Positions 46,978-55,422 of a DNA stretch of 64,000 nucleotides are shown here, piece by piece. The notes beneath the pieces were generated by a model that searched no databases, had not been told where the DNA came from, and saw only the letters and a list, made by a program, of their open reading frames with translations. Both the position numbers and the translations under genes were made by a program. Location of the stretch: positions 36,864 to 100,863 of the IMG/VR virus record IMGVR_UViG_3300004369_000004. One strand, written 5' to 3'. How positions within the stretch are numbered: the first letter of the stretch is position 1; each line of letters opens with the position of its first letter. The DNA comes from a virus.

Positions 46978-48924
46978 TTAGAAATATTTATAACTCATTA
47001 CTATCGTGTAAGAATCAGCACTTGAGTTGACTGCGTTAATTCTTGCATCTGAGCCCACTAAAGAGCTTGTAAAGTTAACAGCTATAGTTGACCCTATATC
47101 AGGGGTAGTTGTTTCCGTATGAGCGATTGTAGGCGTTCCTGATTGATTCCAGGTAACCATGATTGTACCAGCTCTTTGGTCTGTAAGTGAGTTGCTGTTT
47201 AGAATGTAGTACTCAATGAAGGCACACATACCTACGCTTACGTTCTGAGCCCATACAATAGTAGTATCACTAGGATTAATAGTAGCACTTGAGGACATGT
47301 GTACTACTCCATTACCAGAGTTTACAGTTCCTACTCTAAGTTTATCTTGTACTCTTACTTGTCCGTTAACATCTAACTTGTATCCTGCGTCAGTGGTTGT
47401 GTTGATTAGGACGTTACCTGTTGAGCCAACAATTCGCATACGCTCGGTCTGGGCTGTCATACTAGTTGCTGAACTCATAAACTGAATACCAGTATATCCA
47501 GCAAGTCTTAAGTCGTTTGAATCTCTATATGCTCCTACGTTTGCGTTATTAAATCTCAGTTGGAAGCCTACACCAATTCTTACATTCCCTTCAACATCAA
47601 GTTTTTCTGTAGGACTACTAGTACCTATGCCTACACTATTATTTACAGCATCTGTATAGATTAGGTTCGTATCAACAGCAAGAGAGCCAATGGATATATC
47701 ATTAGTAGTTGTATTCCCTGCTGTAGTAACTTGGTCTAGAGTAGGAACAGTAGTAAGAAAGTTAGGAGTCCAGTTTTCCCATCTTTGGTCTGCGTTATCG
47801 TATCTTAGAAGTTGTCCGTCTGTAGGAGAAGTTACTTGAACCCTGTGGTTTTCGTATAGGTCAGAGCCTAGTTCTACTTTTACTGCTAGTACACCGTTAG
47901 TGGCAGCGTAAACTACAAATGCTACGGCTAACTTAAGGTTTGGCGCCTGTGGCAATACGTTGGTCAAACCACCAGCTACCGCAGGATTGGCGTATAAAAC
48001 ATCTCCGTCTACAAATGCAGTAGTGTTTAAGTTTTTAATCTTACCTGCTCTCGTTACAGAGCCATCACCTCCGTCAAGGATGTCTTCAGCAGCTATACCT
48101 AAAATGTATTTGGTTGAGATCGAACCGTCCGCAATCATAGGAGCTACTAGTATCCTAGCAGAAGCTCCTAGCGTTCCTACAGCCATTACAACAGTTCCCT
48201 TAGGTATAGTGGACCCTGTTTGATTTTTAACGTACCAGAACTCATCTTGGAACATCTTAGCCACAAGTGCAGAGTCTAACTGTACGTCAGGAGTCTGGGA
48301 GTCCTGATCCCAAAACATCATTCCTGGTACAGGAGTAGGAGTTGCAGTTGTGTCTAGTTGGAAATACTCTGCTGCTACACCTCCATCCACATTTAGTTTA
48401 TGTGAAGCAGAACCAACACCAATTCCAACATTACCAGAAGTTGGGAGAACTACTAATGCATCTTTATAGCCACCGTCCCAAGCAGTTATTTTTACACCGC
48501 TTGTTCCGTGTATTTGCAAGTATGTCCCATCTCTAGAAATTATAGTAGATCCATCTACAACAACAAATTGTGTAGAGCGAGTATTACCGTTAACGTCTAA
48601 TTTATAACCTGCATCAGTAGTTGTTCCTACTAATAGATTACCTGTTTGAACTGAGATATAACCAGTAGTAGAAAGCGTACCTGCCTTAATAAACAGGTTG
48701 TTTCCCGAATAATTAATTTGAGGAGGATTAGACTGTAATCCAAAATTTAAAGGCGCATTTGTAGCAAAATAACCCGTTCCGATTTTTACAGTATCTTGTC
48801 CTCCTGCAATAAAGATCATTAAGTCAGAACTATAAAATTTCAGACCTAGATTAGATGCATTTACACTACTTAACGCCAGTGTAGAAGTACTTTCAGGAAG
48901 TTGTATACTGGATAGGTATTTCAT
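46978..48924 (-). CDS. Tail fibre/adhesin, 648 aa
   Basis: 4 GNVGIG-like repeats plus a central VKNQTGSTIPKGTVV...G.....LNT...GDVLY domain. Confidence 0.75.
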   Translation of the reverse strand: MKYLSSIQLPESTSTLALSSVNASNLGLKFYSSDLMIFIAGGQDTVKIGTGYFATNAPLNFGLQSNPPQINYSGNNLFIKAGTLSTTGYISVQTGNLLVGTTTDAGYKLDVNGNTRSTQFVVVDGSTIISRDGTYLQIHGTSGVKITAWDGGYKDALVVLPTSGNVGIGVGSASHKLNVDGGVAAEYFQLDTTATPTPVPGMMFWDQDSQTPDVQLDSALVAKMFQDEFWYVKNQTGSTIPKGTVVMAVGTLGASARILVAPMIADGSISTKYILGIAAEDILDGGDGSVTRAGKIKNLNTTAFVDGDVLYANPAVAGGLTNVLPQAPNLKLAVAFVVYAATNGVLAVKVELGSDLYENHRVQVTSPTDGQLLRYDNADQRWENWTPNFLTTVPTLDQVTTAGNTTTNDISIGSLAVDTNLIYTDAVNNSVGIGTSSPTEKLDVEGNVRIGVGFQLRFNNANVGAYRDSNDLRLAGYTGIQFMSSATSMTAQTERMRIVGSTGNVLINTTTDAGYKLDVNGQVRVQDKLRVGTVNSGNGVVHMSSSATINPSDTTIVWAQNVSVGMCAFIEYYILNSNSLTDQRAGTIMVTWNQSGTPTIAHTETTTPDIGSTIAVNFTSSLVGSDARINAVNSSADSYTIVMSYKYF

Positions 48925-48957
48925 TTAAATTTATCTTTGGTAGGGTGGTTTTATTAG

Positions 48958-48990
48958 AAGCTGGTAGAAGCGACTAACCTCTACCAGCTT
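48958..48990. terminator. Stem-loop between fibre genes
   Basis: AAGCTGGTAGA/TCTACCAGCTT 11-bp stem. Confidence 0.55.
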
Positions 48991-49022
48991 GTTTATTTTA
49001 AGTTATCTTAACTATGTCAAAA

Positions 49023-50783
49023 TTAAGCAACTTTCATTACAAGAATACGCAAGGTATTCTGCAATACGTTTTGAGCAAAAGAGATAGTAACTTGCGTAGT
49101 GCTGTTGCGGATTACATCACATTCAACAGTTGCTCCACTAGCAACTTCAAATACTTGGACAATTACATCTGTGCTACCCAAGTTATGTGTTACTTGATGT
49201 ACAAGGCCTGTTATAGAAGGTCCAGTCTCTGCGTGTCTAAGACCTGCCAAAGAAGCAGCGGTTACTGCACGAGAAGTATCTGTAAGAGCACGAGTCTCTG
49301 TCAAGGTAGCTAATTCAACTACACCAACAGCAGTTGTGCTTGCAGCAGTACCAGTAATTGTAAGAGCAGCACCTTCTCCACCTGATCCAGATACACTTAC
49401 ACCATTAGATCCAGAAGCACTTGCTACATAGTCACCTGTAGTATCTGTTCCCAAAGCTACAGAGTTAGCAGCAATAGTAGCAGTCAAGGTTACGTTAGCA
49501 GAGCCATCAATTGATACGTTACCTGTCAAGTCACCACCCAAAGTGATTGTGCGAGCAGTAGACCATGCATCAGCTGTACCTGCATTTCCAGAAACATCAC
49601 CTGTTACGTTACCTGTAACATTACCAGTCAAGTTACCGATGAAGGTAGAAGCGACCATGTTGTATGAACCAACTGTCCATCTGTCGTTAGTCTCATCCCA
49701 CAAGAAGCTTACATTAGAAGCTGTACCACGCTCAACCTCAAAACCTGCATCCTGAGAAGGAATACCTGTCTCATCGCTGTTAAGAAGTATAATGTTATCC
49801 CCAATCTCAACGGTGTTAGAGTTTACGTAAGTTACTGTACCTGAAACAGTTAAGTTAGCTCCGATGGTTACTGTAGTCCCATCATCTGAAATAGAACTGT
49901 TTACAAGCTGTCCGTTAACTGCGTCCCACTTAGTAACAGTGTTGCCACTCAAGCTACCTGCGTTCTTAAGAGAGATATCGTTAACGCCAACAGTAATACC
50001 TGTACCTGCTCCTACATCTAGAGTAATAGCTCCACCCAAGCTAACTGTACCACCATTGATCAAACCTGCGCCTGCCCCAATAGTTACACTACTGTTAGCA
50101 AGAACAGAGTTAGCCAAGTTTGACAAACCAAGGCTAATAGTACCAGAAGAAGTAATTGGAGAACCAGAAACCGTAATTCCATTTGCTCCAGAAACTGCTA
50201 CAGAAGTTACAGTACCTAGGGTATTAGTGAAAGGCAAGTCAGATACAAGACCCTTCTTAACGTTATTGTCTGTTGCGTCATGGTAAATAATAGTATCAGT
50301 TGATGCAATTGCAGCACCTTCAAGATCAGTAGCTGAATCAATAAAGTTGTTTGTACCTGCATAATCAAGCGCAATACTAGTAGATCCTCCCAATGATACA
50401 GAACCACCGCCTATAAGGCCTGTGCTAGCTGTAACAGTTAAAGAAGAGTTAACCAACATAGAGTTGGTAATACCTCCTGCCTTAACGTACAATTGGTTTG
50501 ATCCGTTTTTACCAATAGAAGAATCATCATAGAGAGCGTTAACAGTAATGTCTCTAGTTCCGCTTACGGAAATAGCATTACCTGCTACAACTGATCTAAG
50601 ATCTCCTCCTACATCAATCCATGAAGAACCATTCCAGAAGTAGATACTTTGATCTCCAACTGAACTATCGTAATACATCTGGCCTTCTACTGGCGATGAA
50701 GGCGCTGTTGCAAGGTTTTGAATCCTTACGTTCTGAAGTTCGTTTTGATTGAGGTCAATCGAGACGAGAAATTTCTTAGCCAT
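49023..50783 (-). CDS. Gly/Ser/Thr-rich tail fibre protein, 586 aa
   Basis: IDLNQNELQN N-terminus; DNIILLN..DAGFEVERG..WDETNDRW; ARTITLGGDLTG; C-terminal VTHNLG domain. Confidence 0.75.
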   Translation of the reverse strand: MAKKFLVSIDLNQNELQNVRIQNLATAPSSPVEGQMYYDSSVGDQSIYFWNGSSWIDVGGDLRSVVAGNAISVSGTRDITVNALYDDSSIGKNGSNQLYVKAGGITNSMLVNSSLTVTASTGLIGGGSVSLGGSTSIALDYAGTNNFIDSATDLEGAAIASTDTIIYHDATDNNVKKGLVSDLPFTNTLGTVTSVAVSGANGITVSGSPITSSGTISLGLSNLANSVLANSSVTIGAGAGLINGGTVSLGGAITLDVGAGTGITVGVNDISLKNAGSLSGNTVTKWDAVNGQLVNSSISDDGTTVTIGANLTVSGTVTYVNSNTVEIGDNIILLNSDETGIPSQDAGFEVERGTASNVSFLWDETNDRWTVGSYNMVASTFIGNLTGNVTGNVTGDVSGNAGTADAWSTARTITLGGDLTGNVSIDGSANVTLTATIAANSVALGTDTTGDYVASASGSNGVSVSGSGGEGAALTITGTAASTTAVGVVELATLTETRALTDTSRAVTAASLAGLRHAETGPSITGLVHQVTHNLGSTDVIVQVFEVASGATVECDVIRNSTTQVTISFAQNVLQNTLRILVMKVA

Positions 50784-50802
50784 TGTTTATAGTTTTAAAT
50801 TT

Positions 50803-51345
50803 TTAGTTCATATATGCTTTACCAGAGAAGGCCCCTGAAAAATTAATAGTTATACTATTTAAACCTGAATAAACTACGTCACCTATTACCTCATTGTTAC
50901 CTGAGTCGATAACTGTAACAGATGGATACTTATTCATGTTATGGGTAATAGACCAAGAAGCAGAAGGAGAAGACTGCGTAAATACATAAGTATCTGTGTA
51001 TGAAACACTTACAGTTCCTCCATCTCTTTGGCCTAAGTTTAAAGTTTTAGTTTCTGCCCCCGTTATGTATGCAGAGACAATTGTGTTATTATAAGCATCA
51101 TCCCAATTAGTCGTTTGAGCTAGGGTAGGTATGTTGCTTAATACTACAGTACTTCCATCAGCTGTAGTAATGGTGTTTGTCGCAGAGTTATACGTTAATG
51201 TTTGATCATCAATTGGTATTCCTCCTGCGGTTGTTCCATCACCTATCCATAGTTTCTCTGTGTCTGTGACAAATACTATCTCAGCCAGTTCAAAAACTAT
51301 TGATTGTCTTTGTGTGTCAGTACCTCTCCGTATTCTTATTGCCAT
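50803..51345 (-). CDS. Short fibre protein with Mtd/hyaluronidase-type N-terminal module, 180 aa
   Basis: IRIRRGT...EIVFVTDTEKLWIGDGTTAGG; C-terminal WSITHNMNKYPSVTV..FSGKAYMN domain. Confidence 0.7.
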   Translation of the reverse strand: MAIRIRRGTDTQRQSIVFELAEIVFVTDTEKLWIGDGTTAGGIPIDDQTLTYNSATNTITTADGSTVVLSNIPTLAQTTNWDDAYNNTIVSAYITGAETKTLNLGQRDGGTVSVSYTDTYVFTQSSPSASWSITHNMNKYPSVTVIDSGNNEVIGDVVYSGLNSITINFSGAFSGKAYMN

Positions 51346-51356
51346 TACAATTCAAA

Positions 51357-51731
51357 TTAAATAAAAGTACCTGCGTCAATTAATGCATTATTGGGTGCAG
51401 TAAAATACCCACCGTCAATCAATACATTAGAAGTTGTTGTTGGCGTACCCCCAGAACCTGTTACTGTTTTCCAGGTTCCATCATCCGCCAAATATTTATT
51501 ACCATCGCCATCAGCTCCAGTTCCCAACCGATCTGGATCCATAATTCCCACTTTGATGTGCCTAGCATCAAGTAGACGATATTTTATAGGACCATTTTGG
51601 TCATGTGGGGTAATTAGAAGGTATCCCTCAGGCATATAGGGCTCCACAGGGGAGCCGTCTCTAGGATGCAGAGGATTATACCTTGTTAAATCTAATAACT
51701 CCTGCTGGGTTAAAGGATTATTATAAGGCAT
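51357..51731 (-). CDS. Small fibre-associated protein, 124 aa
   Basis: RLGTG...KYLADDGTW and IDGG motifs; first gene after a TATATTTG element at 51756-51763. Confidence 0.6.
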   Translation of the reverse strand: MPYNNPLTQQELLDLTRYNPLHPRDGSPVEPYMPEGYLLITPHDQNGPIKYRLLDARHIKVGIMDPDRLGTGADGDGNKYLADDGTWKTVTGSGGTPTTTSNVLIDGGYFTAPNNALIDAGTFI

Positions 51732-51867
51732 TAGTAAATAATAGACTAGTCCTTACAAATATAGCATTTTAACAAAAAAAGTAAAGAAAAATATAGGCAT
51801 AGGCAGTAACCCCCCTACGAATAAGGGGGTTTAACCTATCAGATTATAATAATTTAACTATGAAAGT

Positions 51868-52395
51868 TTAAGAAAGCTGTTCCCAATAAAAAGAATGGCT
51901 TTCTTTAGTTTTATCAACCTCAAGAGCTTGGTGACCTAGTTTATAGTCACAATCCTTAGACTTCAAGATAGAACAAGTTATAAAGTCTTCTGTGTTGATT
52001 TTTGCTTTAACAAGCTCTGCATCTACCCAGTCTAGACATTCATCCTTGGTGCACTCTAGTTTAAAGATAATAAGCTTTCTGTAGTTCTGCTTAATAGAAG
52101 GAGCAGTCATCTCTAGAAGCTTAGAATGAACTGCTTTAACTTCTGCAGTCTCCCAAGGCTTAGGAACTCCCATATAAGCTAATTGACAAACAGACTCAGT
52201 AAATCCGAGCTTGTTGTTGAGTTTGTAGAAAAGCTGCTGCGCAGCCAACGCAGATCTATAGAAGTCAAAACAAATAAATCCAACTTCAGTAGATTTGAGA
52301 TCTTTAGGCCACTTGGTAATTTCTTTATCAAGCTTCTCCCAAAGATCTCCGATCAAAGTGTTTTCTAGTTCTTGGTTGATTATAATTTTATCCAT
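51868..52395 (-). CDS. Degenerate type I phosphoribosyltransferase-fold protein, 175 aa
   Basis: Length, secondary-structure pattern and terminal FYWE resemble purine PRTases, but the VDDxxxTGxT loop is replaced by FKLECTKDEC. Confidence 0.4.
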   Translation of the reverse strand: MDKIIINQELENTLIGDLWEKLDKEITKWPKDLKSTEVGFICFDFYRSALAAQQLFYKLNNKLGFTESVCQLAYMGVPKPWETAEVKAVHSKLLEMTAPSIKQNYRKLIIFKLECTKDECLDWVDAELVKAKINTEDFITCSILKSKDCDYKLGHQALEVDKTKESHSFYWEQLS

Positions 52396-52399
52396 AAAC

Positions 52400-53272
52400 T
52401 TATAGACTAACCAACATATCCATCAACTCCTGCTGAGGGAACATGTCTACCTTGTCTTTTCTTACGTTTGTGTGAGTCAAAACTCCTTTAACTTTACCTA
52501 ACACAGCTTCTTCTTTGTATTCAAAAGCTTTAGCTCCTTCTTGTTTGATCCATCTAGGCAAGCCTTCACGGATATCAATAAAGTCTCTTTCTCCGATAGC
52601 AATGATCCAGTCTCTCAAAACTTCAATCTGCTTGTCAGAGTATCTGTGCCAAGTAGAGTGACGACGGAAGGGCTGAGCAAGTGTAACAATCTGTGATTCG
52701 TGTACCTGTACGTTAGCGTAAGTTTTACCGTCTTTTACGTATCCAAAGTTACAAACTTCAATACCTACAGAGTTGCGGTGCATATGTCCAGCTCCTGTAC
52801 CCAAGTGCCATCCCCAGCATCCTTGAGGAAAAGCCTGAACAAGAACACCATCGTATTCATCGTTATTACCTTTGACCGAAGGTCCCCCCAGGACAAACTC
52901 GGTAGCAACTCTACCTCTATTGTCTGCGTCCCATGCACTAATTACTTGATAAGGATTATGCCACCCTGCTGTATGGTGCAAAAAGATATACTCAGGATTA
53001 GACCCTGTCATATACTCGTCTTTAGAAAGATACTTCTTTTCTACGTGTAGATTTCCCAATTTACTTTCACTTTCAGGGGTATCTGTTGAGAGAAGACCCA
53101 TAGTCTGCATAGTCTGAGGTCCTACCATACCGTCTACGTGGAGACTGTTCTGTAATTGCCAAGCTCTAACAGCAGCTTCAGTAGCTGGTCCATAAATTCC
53201 GTCAGCTGTAAGACCAAGTAGTTCTTGGATGTTTTTTACCATCTGACCAGATGATCCTTTTTTAAGTAGCAT
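52400..53272 (-). CDS. Endolysin: N-terminal peptidoglycan-binding domain plus N-acetylmuramoyl-L-alanine amidase (Amidase_2), 290 aa
   Basis: LKKGSSG..DGIYGPATEAAVRAWQ..DGMVGPQT; IFLHHTAG, WHLG, SVGIEVCN, HTNVRKDKVD. Confidence 0.88.
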   Translation of the reverse strand: MLLKKGSSGQMVKNIQELLGLTADGIYGPATEAAVRAWQLQNSLHVDGMVGPQTMQTMGLLSTDTPESESKLGNLHVEKKYLSKDEYMTGSNPEYIFLHHTAGWHNPYQVISAWDADNRGRVATEFVLGGPSVKGNNDEYDGVLVQAFPQGCWGWHLGTGAGHMHRNSVGIEVCNFGYVKDGKTYANVQVHESQIVTLAQPFRRHSTWHRYSDKQIEVLRDWIIAIGERDFIDIREGLPRWIKQEGAKAFEYKEEAVLGKVKGVLTHTNVRKDKVDMFPQQELMDMLVSL

Positions 53273-53314
53273 AATTGTTGTATATTAGTAGTTTATTTTA
53301 AAAAGTTAATAATA

Positions 53315-53344
53315 CAAATATACAAATGTCTCAGTTAAATGCAA
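53315..53344 (-). promoter_or_regulatory. Bacteroidota-type promoter TTG-N19-TATATTTG for the endolysin, overlapping the start of the divergent gene
   Basis: CAAATATA at 53315-53322 and CAA at 53342-53344 on the plus strand. Confidence 0.65.
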
Positions 53345-53979
53345 ACACCCCCTATACAGAATGTCTAATTAGAAAGGAATTTACAGGCCTAGACAGTGAC
53401 ACTCCTGGCTACATATTTGGAGTAAAAAGTATGATAAACAGGCCTTTGTTATTTCATTTCCAAGCTAACTTCGGAGCAATCCTGTGGAATATGCCCATAA
53501 GTGCCTTCTGTCATACTGAGAACTATGATCCTTTATCCTCAGACGAGGAGACACGACTCAGCCTACTGCAAACCTGGGACTGTCAATCCAACAATATAGC
53601 TGTAACAACCTTTGCATTCCTACAAAACAAAAGAGTAGACGTATTCTGCAGAGACAAAAAATACAGATCAGGACGTTACCTATTCACAATAGACGACTAT
53701 GAGGGGGATCTAAATGAACTTAACGTAGGCTACAGCAATGATCAAGATAGTAAATGCTATCATTTTATCGTATTAGAGGACGGTAACTTTTGCGCACAAC
53801 CAAACAATTTATGTCGTTGGCATAACCCAGACTTCATAATACCCTTTAACAAAGAAAACCCTCCTAGACTAAACCTATATAAAGAACAACTCTCTAGTGA
53901 AGATATAGATCGATCTTTCGGAAATTCCCCATACTTCTTCTATAACCACGACATAAAGGAAAAAGATAACAAAGACTAA
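53326..53979 (+). CDS. Conserved phage hypothetical protein, 217 aa
   Basis: LNANTP..IRKEF, PISAF, LQTWDC and GNFCAQPNN motifs of a widespread aquatic-phage family; first plus-strand gene. Confidence 0.75.
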   Translation: MSQLNANTPYTECLIRKEFTGLDSDTPGYIFGVKSMINRPLLFHFQANFGAILWNMPISAFCHTENYDPLSSDEETRLSLLQTWDCQSNNIAVTTFAFLQNKRVDVFCRDKKYRSGRYLFTIDDYEGDLNELNVGYSNDQDSKCYHFIVLEDGNFCAQPNNLCRWHNPDFIIPFNKENPPRLNLYKEQLSSEDIDRSFGNSPYFFYNHDIKEKDNKD

Positions 53980-54063
53980 AATACCCCCCTTAGTTTTAAA
54001 ATTTTTTTCTAGACCCCCCACCACCTTATATGTATGGGAGATGTGGGTACACCAATATTACAT

Positions 54064-54082
54064 ACCCCGTCTTGTTATTGAG
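54064..54082 (+). promoter_or_regulatory. Copy 1 of 19-mer ACCCCGTCTTGT(T/G)ATTGAG, candidate phage-specific early promoter or operator
   Basis: 18/19 identical to 55239-55257; 28 nt upstream of the 54110 ATG. Confidence 0.4.
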
Positions 54083-54109
54083 CGGGGCTAACCCCCGCCA
54101 TTTAGCATT

Positions 54110-54415
54110 ATGAGTAACAAACTTTTCGGTAAGACTCTTGCGGAATGCAAGAACTACCTCGTAACCTCCGTTAAGGAGAACGTCAACAACAAGAAGTACA
54201 TCACAATCAACACAGAGCCTGGCAACCAGGACACTGCTGTCAACATCTACATGTCGAAGAGACTCTCTCGTAAGTACATGGAAGGCGAGTACGTTAATCC
54301 CATGGCTGTGCAGATTGACAAGTATGTTGATGAAGAGACAGGCGAAGAGATTCCCTGGCTTGTGAGCAAGAGCTCTTACAAGAGCATGGACGACATCCTT
54401 GCGATGTTCTCCTAA
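54110..54415 (+). CDS. Small early protein, 101 aa, strongly biased codons
   Basis: Stand-alone unit with a strong terminator; C-ending codon preference. Confidence 0.75.
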   Translation: MSNKLFGKTLAECKNYLVTSVKENVNNKKYITINTEPGNQDTAVNIYMSKRLSRKYMEGEYVNPMAVQIDKYVDEETGEEIPWLVSKSSYKSMDDILAMFS

Positions 54416-54422
54416 TCTTGCA

Positions 54423-54454
54423 GGGGGGAGGAGCTACGGCTCTTCTCCCCTTTA
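54423..54454 (+). terminator. Intrinsic terminator with C(UACG)G tetraloop
   Basis: 12-bp stem (two G-U pairs) GGGGGGAGGAGC/GCTCTTCTCCCC followed by TTT. Confidence 0.75.
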
Positions 54455-54475
54455 CCTAACTTATTTAACATTAAG

Positions 54476-54600
54476 TCTCACTTTAATGCACCACAACTCA
54501 CTTCCAAAGGGTGAGCAGTTGTAACCAAGAGAACAGTATCCTTAGTAGAAATACAAGATAGGACAGTATTCCAAGTGTTACAACTGAGTGCAGATGGGAG
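54476..54600 (+). ncRNA. Candidate three-way-junction structured RNA element
   Basis: TGCAC/GTGCA closing stem; CTCAC/GTGAG hairpin; perfect 10-bp CAGTTGTAAC/GTTACAACTG stem; GTA-GAAA-TAC tetraloop. Confidence 0.45.
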
Positions 54601-54682
54601 TTAACTAGATGTCTACTGCTAGTACAAAAGAGTGTAGAGATTAGCAATATGTTAAGTTGCTTTACTATTAAAACTAAAGAAC

Positions 54683-54904
54683 ATGAAAAAGTTTATTACA
54701 TTTAACACGAAAGCACAAGCTTTAAACTTCATAAAAAGAAACAAAGGTTATAACTACCGTCATCATGAAGGTTGTGGTTGTTGCTTTAGTCAAAGTATTT
54801 TATTTCTTGATGAAAGCAAGTTAGTTTTATCTAAAGTAAATTCTTATGCTGGTAATGTAACAGCATCTGCAATTATAGTAGGTAAAATAAAGAATTGTCG
54901 TTAG
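54683..54904 (+). CDS. Hypothetical protein, 73 aa, with HHEGCGCC motif
   Basis: A-rich leader typical of Bacteroidota; possible metal-binding motif. Confidence 0.6.
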   Translation: MKKFITFNTKAQALNFIKRNKGYNYRHHEGCGCCFSQSILFLDESKLVLSKVNSYAGNVTASAIIVGKIKNCR

Positions 54905-55238
54905 GGGTGATATCCTTGAATTAGTTTAGACTGAACTGAAAGACTGTAATTTCACATCTTAGTCAAATGTGTCAAGGTACTCAAAGATACCTTTGAAACA
55001 CAAAAGATGTTTCTAAAGGGGATTAGTGAACAAACAATCTAATTCCCAATCTTTATCTTTAAACACTAAAGAAAAACTCTAGTTTATTTTAGTATCTGAC
55101 AATTCAATGACTGAATTTGGGTCTTAACCCCGTAAATTTTGAGACCAATGGGTAGATTTGGGACAATTAGACTAAAGAAAACTTTAGTAAATTGGTAATG
55201 TCACCACAATTAATACCTTAAAGTCACCAATAATCCAA

Positions 55239-55257
55239 ACCCCGTCTTGTGATTGAG
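55239..55257 (+). promoter_or_regulatory. Copy 2 of the 19-mer motif
   Basis: ACCCCGTCTTGTGATTGAG, upstream of the 55423 operon. Confidence 0.4.
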
Positions 55258-55422
55258 ACAATTAGTTTAAATCTTTATCGTTTTTTAGGGATAAATGCTT
55301 GATTATAAAGGGATTTCAACCTCCTTAAAAATTATCTCTTTGTCTTAAAACCCTAAATTAAAAATTGAAACAACTTATATAGTTAAATCTAAACATAAAC
55401 ATTAAAATCTAAATCAAACATT

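Noticed and set aside
39943-51731. Diversity-generating retroelement or invertase shufflon acting on the fibre genes
   Set aside because: No reverse transcriptase or recombinase in the window, no TR/VR pair differing at adenines, and repeats are direct rather than inverted
69-53050. Numerous short plus-strand ORFs in the track within the late region
   Set aside because: They lie antisense to long minus-strand genes, mostly have non-ATG starts and show no coherent composition
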